Of a stretch of DNA of 64,000 bases, positions 29,334 through 39,486 are shown piece after piece. A model generated the notes under the pieces. That model was not told where the DNA came from and did no database searches. It worked only from the letters and a program-made list of their open reading frames with translations. The stretch covers positions 864,001 through 928,000 of the forward strand of contig CAWGAA010000003.1 in the NCBI GenBank assembly GCA_963820525.1, in the 5' to 3' direction. How positions within the stretch are numbered: position 1 is the stretch's first letter; each line of letters begins with the position of its first letter. The position numbers and the translations under genes are program-made. Origin of the DNA: an uncultured Spirochaetota bacterium. Its GTDB lineage: Bacteria; Spirochaetota; Spirochaetia; SZUA-6; Fen-1364.

Positions 29334-30887
29334 GTGACTGCGATTGAAAAATTTCGATCGAAATATCTGACGCCTTTCGCGCTGCTCGTTGGCGCGTTCG
29401 CCGTGGCAAAGCTCATCATTCACCTTTTGACGGCGACCGGCTATGGCTACCTTGGTGACGAGCTCTATGCGATCGACCTCAGCAAGCACCTCGCATTCGG
29501 GTACGTCGACCTTCCGCCGCTCCTTCCCGCCCTGATGGCTTTGAACCGGGCGGTGTTGGGAGATTCCCTCTTCGCGATTCATCTCTTGCCCGCGCTGGCC
29601 GGTTCCGCAACGCTCGTGTTCGTGTGCCTCATCACCCGGGAGCTCGGCGGCAAGTTGTTCGCCACCGCTTTGAGCGCACTGGCGTTCATCACGACGCCTT
29701 TCTGGCTCATGATGGACTCCATTTTCGGGTATGACGCCTTCGATCAGCTCGCATTGGCTGTGTTTCTCTACGTGCTCGTCCGGCTCATTCGAACGCAAAA
29801 CTTGAAGCTCTGGCTGCTCCTGGGATTGGCCGCGGGAATCGCGTGCCTGACCAAGACGACCATTCTGTACATGGCCCCCGGTCTGCTCGTGGCGGTTGTC
29901 TGTACGAAATACCGCAGACACCTGATCACCCCCTGGCCCTGGCTGGCGCTGGGAATCTTTCTGATCGTTATTTCTCCCTATCTGCTGTGGGAATACGCCA
30001 ACCACTGGCCGACCCTGGAATATTGGGGCGGCTATAAGTCCTTCCAATTGGGAGAGTTGTCGATCACGGAGTACCTGACCAACATCTTTCTGGGAATGAA
30101 TCCGCTGTTGAGCCCGCTTTTCCTTGTCGGTCTGTACGCCACCTTCAGACGCCGTCGCGATACCCGCTACGGCCTCCTCAGCATCATGTTCTGTGTGACG
30201 TTTGTATTTCTGTTCGTCTTGAGCGCCAAATATTTCATGCTGGCGGCCCTTTTCGTTCCCCTCCTTACCGCCGGATCGGCATTCGTCGAGGAGAAGCTCT
30301 CGGGATGGAAATGGAGAAGATCCGCGGAAATCGTCATCCTTTCCTGCCTCCTGCTGGTAGGAGTCGTCATCGCCCCCGCCAACCTGCCTCTTCTTCCGCC
30401 GCCCGTCATGACAAAGTACGCAGATTCCTTCGGGTTTCTCTACAAGCCGATCAAGGCCGGCCCGTATCCTACGACTGATTTCCCACCCATCCTGCACAAC
30501 AGGCTGGGCTGGGACGCGTTGGCCCAGGTCGTCGGCGCCGTCTATAACGCCCTCCCCGAGGAAGAGCGGGCAGGGGTCGGGATCTATGCCGACTGGTTCG
30601 GCCCGGCGGGCGCCATAAACCATTTCGGACCGCTCTACGGCCTTCCCCGCGCGGTCAGCGGCCATATCACGTACTACCTGTGGGGTCCGGGATATTCATG
30701 GAACGAGATGATAATCGCGACGTTGAACATCGATGGATTTCGTGGTTTCTTCAGCGACATACAGCAGAAGGTTTTTTTCGAATATGAACATGCCTCGCCG
30801 ATCGCCACGAATATCGGTATCTATGTGTGCAAAGGGGCGACGATGAGCGCCAAAGAGATATGGCCGTATTTGAAGTTCTACAAGTAG
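29334..30887 (+). CDS. GT-C family 39/83 (PMT_2/ArnT-like) glycosyltransferase
   Basis: GYLGDELY..HLAFGYVDLPPL, LTKTT, PYLLWEYANHWP, SGH.TYYLWGP; multiple TM segments; start approximate. Confidence 0.85.
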   Translation: MTAIEKFRSKYLTPFALLVGAFAVAKLIIHLLTATGYGYLGDELYAIDLSKHLAFGYVDLPPLLPALMALNRAVLGDSLFAIHLLPALAGSATLVFVCLITRELGGKLFATALSALAFITTPFWLMMDSIFGYDAFDQLALAVFLYVLVRLIRTQNLKLWLLLGLAAGIACLTKTTILYMAPGLLVAVVCTKYRRHLITPWPWLALGIFLIVISPYLLWEYANHWPTLEYWGGYKSFQLGELSITEYLTNIFLGMNPLLSPLFLVGLYATFRRRRDTRYGLLSIMFCVTFVFLFVLSAKYFMLAALFVPLLTAGSAFVEEKLSGWKWRRSAEIVILSCLLLVGVVIAPANLPLLPPPVMTKYADSFGFLYKPIKAGPYPTTDFPPILHNRLGWDALAQVVGAVYNALPEEERAGVGIYADWFGPAGAINHFGPLYGLPRAVSGHITYYLWGPGYSWNEMIIATLNIDGFRGFFSDIQQKVFFEYEHASPIATNIGIYVCKGATMSAKEIWPYLKFYK

Positions 30888-31395
30888 GGACGCGCATCGG
30901 AGCCGCTGGTTGCCGCAATGCTCCGGGTGTCTTTTTTAACGACGTCGCGCCAAGGTCTGCGCTACGACTGGAAAGAAGTCGGGTTGACCGTCAGCGGGAG
31001 AGCAAATCACTAACAGCAACCAAGGATGGTTCGCTTCGCGTTGCACAGCGCCGCCGCGCAGCTTAACCACATCGTTGTTCGAGGCAGATAACCTCTCATG
31101 ACAATGACGCCATGTTGTCATTGCATTTTCTCTTTTTTATGCACTCAATATCCATATTCTATGCGATATACTTAGGAGGCCCATTCCATGGAAAAAAGAA
31201 GAAAAATTAACCGATGGGATAGGCGCAGGTCAAAAAAAGGCTCCGCAGGTTGAAAGAGTCTGAGGAATATAAGAAAATAGAGAGTACTCTTGATACGGTG
31301 GACATCAAATTGCCTGAGCTTACTGAAAAACAAAAAGAAGGAATAAAGAGCGATCTCCTTAAAGATTTTAATAGCTACAGTTTGTCGGGTAATTG

Positions 31396-31782
31396 TTAGC
31401 TCTCCGGAGCCCGCTTACCGTGGATACGCGGGGTTGGCGTCTTTCTCGCGGGGGACGGTAGCTTTTTAAGAAGGCGATCGGTGACGCGCAACGACATCCT
31501 CTCCATTTGAGCGATGATTCTGTCCAGTTCGCGGCCGGTGGCAACCCAGACGGCGAGAAGGTCGGCCTGTTCGCGCGTCAGGCGGACTGTGACGGTTTTT
31601 CCATCCACCTTGCGGGTCCACTGGTAGTAGGGACCGTGAAGGCGGGGCGGAGAAGCTTGGCAGGCGCAGCCGGGCTTGCCGCAGGCCATGAAGCGTTTCA
31701 GCAAGGTGCCACGGCGGAAATAGCCGACTCGGCTGAGGGCGCGCTGGAGCTGCTGGTAGTTTTGCGGAAGATCGGTTTTCAT
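31396..31782 (-). CDS. DUF6788 family protein (inside the IS)
   Basis: RGTL..RFMACGKPGCAC..PPRLHGPYYQWTRKVDGKTVTVRL; stop abuts the left TIR. Confidence 0.78.
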   Translation of the reverse strand: MKTDLPQNYQQLQRALSRVGYFRRGTLLKRFMACGKPGCACQASPPRLHGPYYQWTRKVDGKTVTVRLTREQADLLAVWVATGRELDRIIAQMERMSLRVTDRLLKKLPSPARKTPTPRIHGKRAPES

Positions 31783-31793
31783 AGAAATATATC

Positions 31794-31821
31794 TTGACAG
31801 AAAACTGTCTACAGTTATAAT
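31794..31821 (+). promoter_or_regulatory. consensus sigma70 promoter for the transposase
   Basis: TTGACA-N16-TATAAT; the spacer holds inverted repeat AACTGT-CT-ACAGTT. Confidence 0.75.
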
Positions 31822-31988
31822 ACTGTTAGATATGTTGCCCGTCAAGCTTCCCCGGCGTTGGTTTTTCTCCCGGATCCTCGCTTCGATGTGCGTGTGCGTC
31901 TTTCTCGGCCTGGGCATCTTGATCTTCTCCAGCGCCCCCTCCATGGCAGCCGCCGATAGAGCAATCGTTCCCCAGGAGGTCCTCGTCC

Positions 31989-33380
31989 ATGCAAACCACT
32001 TCTGCCAGTGCCAAGCGCCAACCCGCTCTGATTCCCAGGTCTATGCGCCCGACCATCTCCATCGCGGAGGACCACAGGCTGGTCCAAATGACCGACACCC
32101 TGGACTGGACAGAAATGGAGGAGCAAGCCCAGCAGATACGATCCGCCAAGCTCAAGAACGCCGCTGGGCGGCCGCCGCACCTGCGCGCCTTGCTGGGAGC
32201 TATGCTGCTGATGGCCACCCGAAAGCTGACATACCGGGAGGCCGAGGACTTGATCTGCTACTACGCCCCAGCGCGCTACTTGTGCGGGCTGACCGAAACG
32301 GAGTGGACCCCGGACTTCACCACCATCCAGGACTTCACCGAACTGATGGGCGAGCAGGGGATCAAGCTCATCAATCAATGCGTGGTGCAAATGGCGGTGA
32401 AACAAAAGTTGGCAGATCCCAAGACACTGGTGGCCGACACCACAGCGCAGGAAGCGGCGATCCCCTATCCCAACGAGATGGGGCTCATGGCCGGCTTTCT
32501 GACCTCGGTGGCTGCCGCAACCCGAAAAGTTGGCCGAGCGCTGAAGGGATTCGTGCAGGAGACGGTGAGTCAATTCGAGGCGGCCAAGAAGAAGGGGCGA
32601 GAGTACCGCCTGTTCGCCAAGACCAAGGAGAGCAAGGATCGGGTGATGGGGCAGATGATCGCCATCGTCAAGAAGCTCAACGAGCATCTGAGCAAGGCGC
32701 TGGGCGCCCCTGCCGCACAGTGGGAAAAGCTACGCAAGCATGCAATTGTGGCCAAAAGCAAGCTGGTTCAGTTGCAGGAAACGATGAGCAAACTGATCCC
32801 GCAGATCCGCTACTGGATTCGCACGGGCTGCGTGGCCAGCGGCAAGATCATCAGCCTGCATATCCCGCAGCTCTACAGCATCGTACGCGGCAAAGTGGGC
32901 AAATCGGTGGAGTTTGGGCTGAGCTGGGGCATCAGGCGACTGGCGGGGGGGTACCTGCTGGCCACGCTGGCCCCGAATCGCCGCGAGTTACAGGACACGA
33001 AGTTCGCGGTGCGAGCGGTCAAAGACCACATCGCGCTCTTTGGCAAGGCGCCGCTGGCTTATGCCTACGACCGTGGTGGATACAGCGCGGAGAATGTCTC
33101 CACCTTGAAGAAGTTGGGGGTCAAGGATGTGGGACTGGCCCCCCGTGGACGTACGCAGTGGTCGGTAAGCGGGCCGGTGCGCGACCGGCTGGTCAGAGAG
33201 AGGGCAATGGTGGAGGCGGGAATCGGCACCATCAAGAGCCCGAGATACGGGTTCAATCGTCCAGCTGCTCGTTCGGAGGCCATGATGGGAGCGTGTGGGC
33301 AGCGCGCTGTGTTGGGATTCAACACCAACAAGCTGATCCGCGAACTTGCCGGGCGAAAGGGGATGACGCTGAACGGCTAA
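31989..33380 (+). CDS. DDE transposase, IS5-like
   Basis: AGRPPHLR, PDFTTIQDF, VADTT..IPYPNE, RGKVGKSVEFG, YDRGG, RAMVEAGIGTIK; RBS AGGAGG. Confidence 0.85.
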   Translation: MQTTSASAKRQPALIPRSMRPTISIAEDHRLVQMTDTLDWTEMEEQAQQIRSAKLKNAAGRPPHLRALLGAMLLMATRKLTYREAEDLICYYAPARYLCGLTETEWTPDFTTIQDFTELMGEQGIKLINQCVVQMAVKQKLADPKTLVADTTAQEAAIPYPNEMGLMAGFLTSVAAATRKVGRALKGFVQETVSQFEAAKKKGREYRLFAKTKESKDRVMGQMIAIVKKLNEHLSKALGAPAAQWEKLRKHAIVAKSKLVQLQETMSKLIPQIRYWIRTGCVASGKIISLHIPQLYSIVRGKVGKSVEFGLSWGIRRLAGGYLLATLAPNRRELQDTKFAVRAVKDHIALFGKAPLAYAYDRGGYSAENVSTLKKLGVKDVGLAPRGRTQWSVSGPVRDRLVRERAMVEAGIGTIKSPRYGFNRPAARSEAMMGACGQRAVLGFNTNKLIRELAGRKGMTLNG

Positions 33381-33603
33381 CGGAATACGGGACGCCTGGT
33401 CACGAGACTGACAGTGCACCAGCGGGGTACGCACACAAGACACACAGCGCACCGGAAGGCGCGACATAGGTCCGCGGCCCGTCGAACACCGAGCCAACGG
33501 GCGCCTGAATTACCCGACAAACTGTAGCTAATATAACTATGAGAGAGAGTAGCAGGAGCACAGGTCAACGTTACTCTTCTCTGAGCAGACACCCCGCTGC
33601 CTA

Positions 33604-34386
33604 TCAGTACTGCTTGGGTGTCTGCGACAACAGCACTTTGTTCAACAGCCAATACGGGGCTATTCTTACGAAATTCGTCATGCACTTCATGGCTGGCGGA
33701 AAAAGATTCTCCCGCATTCCCTTTTTTATGCCCGCGAGCACGTACTCAGCGGCTTTTTCCTCGCTGATCTGACTCGGCGTGGGAATGCCGTCGCCCCGGC
33801 TGGCTTCGGTATCGACGAACCCGGGATGTATGGTCTGTATCAGAATATGACGGTAGCCGAAATGCCTCAATTCCATCCGTGCGGTTTCAAGAAAGATGCG
33901 AGCCGCGCTCTTGGCCGCGGTATAATCTCCCTGCATGGGAACCCCGAAATAGCTCGCTTGGGAATTCACATGGGCGATCATGCACCGGGTTTTCTGTGAC
34001 TTCATCTGCTTCATGAGGGGGCAGAAAAAATTGATCATGGTATCGTAGTTCGCGCGCATGCACTTCAGGATTGTTTCCCTCGAAGCGGTGAGGGTGTTCG
34101 AAGGAGGGCCATACCCGATGACCAGAATGGCGATATCGATCCCTCCGTATTTTTTCACCGTATCGGAAACGACCTCATACGCGTGATCCGGATCGAGGGC
34201 ATCCCCCGCGTAGAGCGTGCACTCGCTGCCGTTCCCGCGGATCTCTTCCGCAGCCGACTCCAGAAGCTCCTTGCGCCGCGCGGTGATCACGATTTTATTC
34301 TTGAAGCGGCTCAGGGCTATCGCGGTTGCCCGGCCTATGCCCGATGAAGCCCCCGTGATGAGAATTACCTTCTTCGAATAATCCAT
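33604..34386 (-). CDS. SDR family oxidoreductase
   Basis: ITGASSGIG, YTAAK (YxxxK), HPGFVDT. Confidence 0.9.
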   Translation of the reverse strand: MDYSKKVILITGASSGIGRATAIALSRFKNKIVITARRKELLESAAEEIRGNGSECTLYAGDALDPDHAYEVVSDTVKKYGGIDIAILVIGYGPPSNTLTASRETILKCMRANYDTMINFFCPLMKQMKSQKTRCMIAHVNSQASYFGVPMQGDYTAAKSAARIFLETARMELRHFGYRHILIQTIHPGFVDTEASRGDGIPTPSQISEEKAAEYVLAGIKKGMRENLFPPAMKCMTNFVRIAPYWLLNKVLLSQTPKQY

Positions 34387-34408
34387 GTGCCCCCCATTCC
34401 GTTGATAT

Positions 34409-35056
34409 TCAATGGCGAGTGACCTTCAGGTCTCGCCGTGAACGCTTCGGACGCAGATCGGCGCAGGCGATTCGCGTGAGCAGGAAGATCACCATCGCCC
34501 TCCTGTTCAACTCTTTCATGATAAGGTGGGGGATCTGGTTCTCCAATAGCAGGCACGCGAATCCATGGACGACGCTCCATACTCCGATAGCCGTCTTTTC
34601 AGCCGGCCCGGTTTCAAGGATCTTTGCGGTCTGACAGGCCTTTGTCATCCCAATGAGAAGCCTGAAGGTCGCGTGAGAGATCTCCACCAAGTCTGGATAA
34701 TCCTTTTCTTTTTCAATCACGCCGGAAAAGGTGATTTTGAAGCGATCCGGATCCTTGACCGCGAAATCGATGTACGCGCATCCGATCTCCACCAATTGCC
34801 GCGCCGGCTCGCCGGCGTTTTTCTCCATGACTGCCTTCATCTTTTGGTACAAGCGACGATAGCCCTCGGTGGATATGGCGGCGATCAATGCCTGCTTGTC
34901 CGCGAAGTGCGCATAGGGCGCGGTCCGGCTTACCCCCGCCCTGCCGGCCACCTTCCGCAGGGAAAGCCCGCCCACCCCTTCCTTGGCCAGGATTTCCGCT
35001 CCCGCCTCGACGAGGGCGTTCTTCAAATCCCCGTGGTGATAGGATCGCTTGACCAT
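34409..35056 (-). CDS. TetR/AcrR family regulator (WHG C-terminal domain)
   Basis: YHHGDLKNAL..LSLRKVA.RAGVS.TAPYAHF; WSVVHGF. Confidence 0.9.
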   Translation of the reverse strand: MVKRSYHHGDLKNALVEAGAEILAKEGVGGLSLRKVAGRAGVSRTAPYAHFADKQALIAAISTEGYRRLYQKMKAVMEKNAGEPARQLVEIGCAYIDFAVKDPDRFKITFSGVIEKEKDYPDLVEISHATFRLLIGMTKACQTAKILETGPAEKTAIGVWSVVHGFACLLLENQIPHLIMKELNRRAMVIFLLTRIACADLRPKRSRRDLKVTRH

Positions 35057-35072
35057 GGGACAATGAAATACC

Positions 35073-35097
35073 CCAATCTTGACAATGTCAAGATTGG
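35073..35097. promoter_or_regulatory. perfect palindromic operator (likely TetR site) with -35 TTGACA on both strands
   Basis: CCAATCTTGACA-A-TGTCAAGATTGG between divergent tetR and aldolase genes. Confidence 0.85.
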
Positions 35098-35133
35098 ATG
35101 GTAAACTTTCCTCCGCGCGTAAAGGAGCACGAT

Positions 35134-35820
35134 ATGGGGGAATTTGACCATGCCAAACGCCGGATCGTGGAAACCGCCCAGGAGTTGACCCGCAAAGGCT
35201 ACCTGATGGCGACGGGGGGGAATCTCTCCATGCGCATCCCCGACCGGGATGCGTTCGCCGTGACACCTTCGGACTTCGATTATATGAGCATGACGCCGGA
35301 CGACGTCTGCGTGTTGGACTTCGATCTGAAGACATTGGAAGGGAAGCGAAAACCTTCGGTGGAGAGCGCCATGCACGCCGGAGTCTACCTGACCCGGAGG
35401 GATGTGAACGCAGTCGTCCACACCCATCAGGTCTACGCCAGCGCCCTGGCCTTGATGAAGTCGCCAATCCCCGCCTTGTTCGACGAACAGGTCCGCTTCC
35501 TCGGACGCTCGGTGGAGCTTATCGCCTACGCTCCCTCCGGGACCGGGATGCTGAAGAACGCGATCGTCAAGCATATCAGAAACCACCACAACGCCTACCT
35601 CATGCAGAACCATGGCGCCCTGTGCTTCGGCCACGATTTGGAGCGTGCCGTCCACAATGTCGAGATATTGGAAAAGTGCGCCCTGGCCTATCTTCTGACC
35701 ATGATGGCGGGGAAAAAGGCCGATCATATCCCGCTTCCAATACGCGAGGTCGCGTTCGCCAAGCTTCGCAAGGACCAGAAGAAAGCGGAGGCGGAAGTGA
35801 TGGAAGGCCGAACCATATGA
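35134..35820 (+). CDS. class II aldolase/adducin family protein
   Basis: GGNLS, VTPS, KPSVE..MH, VVHTH, LMQNHG. Confidence 0.9.
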   Translation: MGEFDHAKRRIVETAQELTRKGYLMATGGNLSMRIPDRDAFAVTPSDFDYMSMTPDDVCVLDFDLKTLEGKRKPSVESAMHAGVYLTRRDVNAVVHTHQVYASALALMKSPIPALFDEQVRFLGRSVELIAYAPSGTGMLKNAIVKHIRNHHNAYLMQNHGALCFGHDLERAVHNVEILEKCALAYLLTMMAGKKADHIPLPIREVAFAKLRKDQKKAEAEVMEGRTI

Positions 35821-37271
35821 GCGGCAATCAAGCCTACGCGATCTCCACGTACCCGGACACCGATGATGTCTATCGGCGCCTTGACGCGCTCGTTCGCCAG
35901 CCCATGCGCCCGGTGAAAAGGGAAAAGATGCGGGAGTACCTGGAGTATTTCTCCGCGAAGTGCGTTCGTTCCAAGGAACTGACCGACGAGGCGAAGAAGT
36001 ACATCCCCGGCGGGGTCCAGCACAACCTGGCGTTCAACTACCCCTTCCCTATCGCCATCGAAAAAGCCGAAGGCGCATTCCTGTGGGACGTCGACGGCAA
36101 CCGCTACATCGATTTTCTGCAGGCCGGCGGTCCCACGGTACTGGGCAGCAACTACGCTCCGGTTCGGGAAAAGATATTCGAGCTTCTGAAAACCTGCAGC
36201 CCGGTGATCGGCTTGTTCCACGAGTACGAGCTTAAATTGGCGAAGCTCATCCAACGCTTGATGCCTTCCGTAGAGATGTTCCGCATGCTCGGCTCGGGTA
36301 CCGAGGGCGTGATGGCCGCGATGCGCGCGGCGCGGGCGTTCACCAAGAAGAGATACGTCATCAAGGCAGGCGGCGCCTACCATGGCTGGTCGGATCAGAT
36401 GGTGTTCGGGATGCACGTTCCCGGAACCGGGCGCCGGGAGGCGACGGGCATCCCGAGCGGATCGAGCGAATCGACCCTCGAGTTTTTCCCCACCAGCCTC
36501 GGCGCCCTGCGCCGTCGTTTGATTCTCAACCGGCTGCGCGGCGGGACCGCGGCGGTGATCCTCGAGCCGATCGGTCCGGAGAGCGGAACCCGGCCTGTTC
36601 CGAAAGATTTTTGCCGCAAGGTCCGCGAGCTCTGCGACGAGTTCGGCTGTCTTCTCATCTTCGACGAGGTGGTGACGGGCTTCCGCCTGGGCCTGGGAGG
36701 CGCCCAAGGGTACTTCGGCGTGCGGCCGGACCTGACCGTGTTCGGCAAGTGCATCACCGGCGGCTACCCCATGGCGGGCGGCGTGGGCGGGCGGGCGGAA
36801 GTCATCAATCGCTTCGCTCCAGGAATCGGCGGGTCAGGCGAGCGGGCATACATCGGCGGGACGCTTTCCGCCAATCCGCTCTCCTGCGCGGCCGGCTACT
36901 TTGCCCTGCTGGAAATGGAGCGGACCAATGCCCCGGTCCTGGCCGGGCTGGCCGGGGATCGGCTCACCAAAGGCCTCCAGGCCATTATTGCGAAGCATAA
37001 CCTGCCGTTCGTCGCCTATAACCAGGGCTCCATCGTCCATCTTGAGACGTCCGCGGTGATGCTTCTGGACTTCCGAAACCCCCTGCGGCTTGCCAAGGAA
37101 TTAAAGCCGCGCACGCACATGATCGAGGAGATGGGCGCGGCCTATATGGCCAATGGCGTGATCACCCTTGCCGGCTCGCGAATGTACACTTCCATGGCGG
37201 ATACCGATGCGGTCATCGACGAGGCGCTCCAGAGGTTTGAAAACGTTCTTTCCAACGTCGAAGGTTTATAA
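35817..37271 (+). CDS. class III PLP aminotransferase (GSA-aminomutase-like)
   Basis: WDVDGNRYIDF, SGTEG, LIFDEVVTGFR, FGKCITGG, GGTLSANPLS; ATGA overlap with the upstream gene. Confidence 0.9.
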   Translation: MSGNQAYAISTYPDTDDVYRRLDALVRQPMRPVKREKMREYLEYFSAKCVRSKELTDEAKKYIPGGVQHNLAFNYPFPIAIEKAEGAFLWDVDGNRYIDFLQAGGPTVLGSNYAPVREKIFELLKTCSPVIGLFHEYELKLAKLIQRLMPSVEMFRMLGSGTEGVMAAMRAARAFTKKRYVIKAGGAYHGWSDQMVFGMHVPGTGRREATGIPSGSSESTLEFFPTSLGALRRRLILNRLRGGTAAVILEPIGPESGTRPVPKDFCRKVRELCDEFGCLLIFDEVVTGFRLGLGGAQGYFGVRPDLTVFGKCITGGYPMAGGVGGRAEVINRFAPGIGGSGERAYIGGTLSANPLSCAAGYFALLEMERTNAPVLAGLAGDRLTKGLQAIIAKHNLPFVAYNQGSIVHLETSAVMLLDFRNPLRLAKELKPRTHMIEEMGAAYMANGVITLAGSRMYTSMADTDAVIDEALQRFENVLSNVEGL

Positions 37272-37281
37272 GGGAGGAACG

Positions 37282-38856
37282 ATGGGCGCGGAAAACGTTC
37301 TCCTCGCGGTGGACCTTGGCACCTCCGGGATGAAGGTGGCGCTTGTCACCATTCACGGACGGGTGCTGGGCTTCGAGTTCGAGCCGATCGCTCTGATCGT
37401 CACCCCCGATGGAGGCGCCGAGCAGTCGCCGGAGGAATGGTGGACGGCCTTCAGGACCGCGGCCAAACGCCTGCTCGGTCGCGGTCTTGCCCCAAGCCAG
37501 GCCGTGCGGGCGGTGTGCTGTTCCACTCAAGGCGAGGGCACGGTGCCGGTCGACCGCGAAGGTCGAGCACTGATGAATTGCATCTTGTGGATGGATATGC
37601 GGGGCGCATCGTGCCTTCAAAAACAATTCCGCGGGATACTCAATGTCAACGGAGCCGGAATCGGGAACATCCTGCGCTGGGTGCGGCTCACGGGGGGAAT
37701 GCCCTCCATGACCGGCAAGGATCCGGCCGGGCATATGCTTCTGGTGCGGGATCGCTTCCCCGAGGTCTACGAACGCACGTATAAGTTCCTGAACGTGCTC
37801 GATTACATGAATTTTCGCCTGACCGGCCGCTTCGCAGCCACTTTCGATTCGATCCTCACCTCCTGGGTGACGGACAACCGGGCCCCGAACGCGATCCGCT
37901 ACCACCCGAGCCTGCGTAAAAGATGCGGGGTGGACGCGGAAAAGCTCCCCGAGATAGTGTCCTGTACATCGGTGCTCGGAACGCTTCAAGCCGATGTCGC
38001 CCGAGAGCTAGGGCTCGGAGGCGGCGTCCGGGTAGTGGCGGGTGCGATCGACACCACCGCGGCCGCGATCGGCGCCGGGACGGTGGAGGATTTTGCCACG
38101 CACCTCTACATCGGCACCTCCTCCTGGATGGCGGCTCACGTGCCGTTCAAGAAAACCGACGTCGGCTCTTCGCTGGCATCGGTCCCGTGCGCCGTTCCCG
38201 GCCGCTACCTGCTCACGGCTTTGCAGGCGACCGCGGGCGGCAACCTCACCTTCCTGCGCGACAATGTCCTCTATCACAAGGACGAGCTTCTCCAAGAGGC
38301 CGAGGTCCCGGATATCTTCAAGGTGCTGGATCTGATCGCCGCGCGCGTTCCTGCCGGATCGAACGGCGTGCTGTACACGCCCTGGATCTGGGGCGAGCGG
38401 GCGCCGGTGGAGGACCGCACCCTGCGTGCGGGGCTCTACAACCTATCCCTGCACAACACGCGGGAGGATATCATCCGAGCTTTCCTGGAAGGCGTGGCCT
38501 TGAACACACGCTGGCTGATGCGGCCTTTCGAGAAGTTCATCGGGCGCGGGCTTCAGTCCATCACCCTTGTGGGTGGCGGAGCCCAGTCCGAAGTTTGGTG
38601 CCGGATCTTCGCCGACGTATTGGGCACGGAGATCAGACAGGTGTCAGACCCGATCACCACAAATGTCCGAGGCGCCGCGTGGATCGCGGCGGTGGGATTG
38701 GGGGAGATCGCGTTCAGCGAGCTATCGAGCCTCGTTCTTCTTAAGCGGGTATACGAGCCAAACCCGAACAACCGGCCGATCTACGACGAGCGTTTCGAGG
38801 TGTTCCAGAGCGTATATCGCCAGATGCGGCCGATCTATCGGAGGATGAACCGGTAG
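37282..38856 (+). CDS. FGGY family carbohydrate kinase (xylulokinase-like)
   Basis: AVDLGTSGMK, EQSPEEWW, ILWMDMR, GTSSW, GERAP, RAFLEGVA, VGGGAQS. Confidence 0.9.
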   Translation: MGAENVLLAVDLGTSGMKVALVTIHGRVLGFEFEPIALIVTPDGGAEQSPEEWWTAFRTAAKRLLGRGLAPSQAVRAVCCSTQGEGTVPVDREGRALMNCILWMDMRGASCLQKQFRGILNVNGAGIGNILRWVRLTGGMPSMTGKDPAGHMLLVRDRFPEVYERTYKFLNVLDYMNFRLTGRFAATFDSILTSWVTDNRAPNAIRYHPSLRKRCGVDAEKLPEIVSCTSVLGTLQADVARELGLGGGVRVVAGAIDTTAAAIGAGTVEDFATHLYIGTSSWMAAHVPFKKTDVGSSLASVPCAVPGRYLLTALQATAGGNLTFLRDNVLYHKDELLQEAEVPDIFKVLDLIAARVPAGSNGVLYTPWIWGERAPVEDRTLRAGLYNLSLHNTREDIIRAFLEGVALNTRWLMRPFEKFIGRGLQSITLVGGGAQSEVWCRIFADVLGTEIRQVSDPITTNVRGAAWIAAVGLGEIAFSELSSLVLLKRVYEPNPNNRPIYDERFEVFQSVYRQMRPIYRRMNR

Positions 38857-38889
38857 GCAAGGCGAGGACATTGGTCCGCAGGAGTAAAA

Positions 38890-39459
38890 GTGATGGATTT
38901 ATTACCCACATTACATGTAGGCATATTGAATGGATGGATACCGCTAATCATCTATTTCATAGGGCTTCTTATCTCTGTATCTCTGTACTCAAAGGAGCCA
39001 AGGGTCTGGCTTTTCAATAATCCGAAAGATAGGAATAAAGGCGTATTCATGTTCATTCGTCTGTTCGGTCAACTTGCGATGATTGCCTACATTGTGATAA
39101 TGATTTTTACTCCAATGAAGATCAGTAATCCAGTATTTCTTATCGGTGCCGCAGTCTATTTGATTGGCTTCGTGTTTGAAATGACCGCCCTCTATTATTT
39201 CAGAAAAACACCTGTCGGCAAACCAGTCGTGAAAGGGCCTTATCGTGTTTCACGTAACCCTCAATGGTTGGGATTGTTTTTTGCGCTTTTAGGTTCGGCA
39301 ATCGCTGCTGGGATATGGCTTTATATTGCGTTTGTAGTTCTGGTGGGTATCATTTACCACAAACAGATTCTTGATGAAGAAAAAGCCTGTATAAAGAAAT
39401 ATGGAGAAGGCTATCGCGAGTATATGGAGCGCATATCAAGATACTTCCTTCTTCTGTAA
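38890..39459 (+). CDS. isoprenylcysteine/phospholipid methyltransferase (ICMT/PEMT) family membrane protein
   Basis: KGPYRVSRNPQW, EEKAC..KYGE.YREY. Confidence 0.78.
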   Translation: MMDLLPTLHVGILNGWIPLIIYFIGLLISVSLYSKEPRVWLFNNPKDRNKGVFMFIRLFGQLAMIAYIVIMIFTPMKISNPVFLIGAAVYLIGFVFEMTALYYFRKTPVGKPVVKGPYRVSRNPQWLGLFFALLGSAIAAGIWLYIAFVVLVGIIYHKQILDEEKACIKKYGEGYREYMERISRYFLLL

Positions 39460-39486
39460 AGCACGCAAAGAGAAAGAGGTAAAACT

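Larger units (their letters stand above)
31374..33528 (+). mobile_element. IS5-like insertion sequence with passenger gene (2155 bp)
   Basis: Perfect 21-bp TIRs GCTACAGTTTGTCGGGTAATT / AATTACCCGACAAACTGTAGC; 5-bp target duplication TAATA (31369-31373, 33529-33533). Confidence 0.92.

Noticed and set aside
31008..31080. Possible attC (CACTAAC...GTTGTTC) upstream of the IS5-like element
   Set aside because: Arms pair poorly and no matching cassette end was found; the IS5-like element is in an AT-rich ORF remnant, not in an attC
35817..37271. Calling the aminotransferase hemL
   Set aside because: Catabolic operon context and N-terminal extension; only family-level similarity
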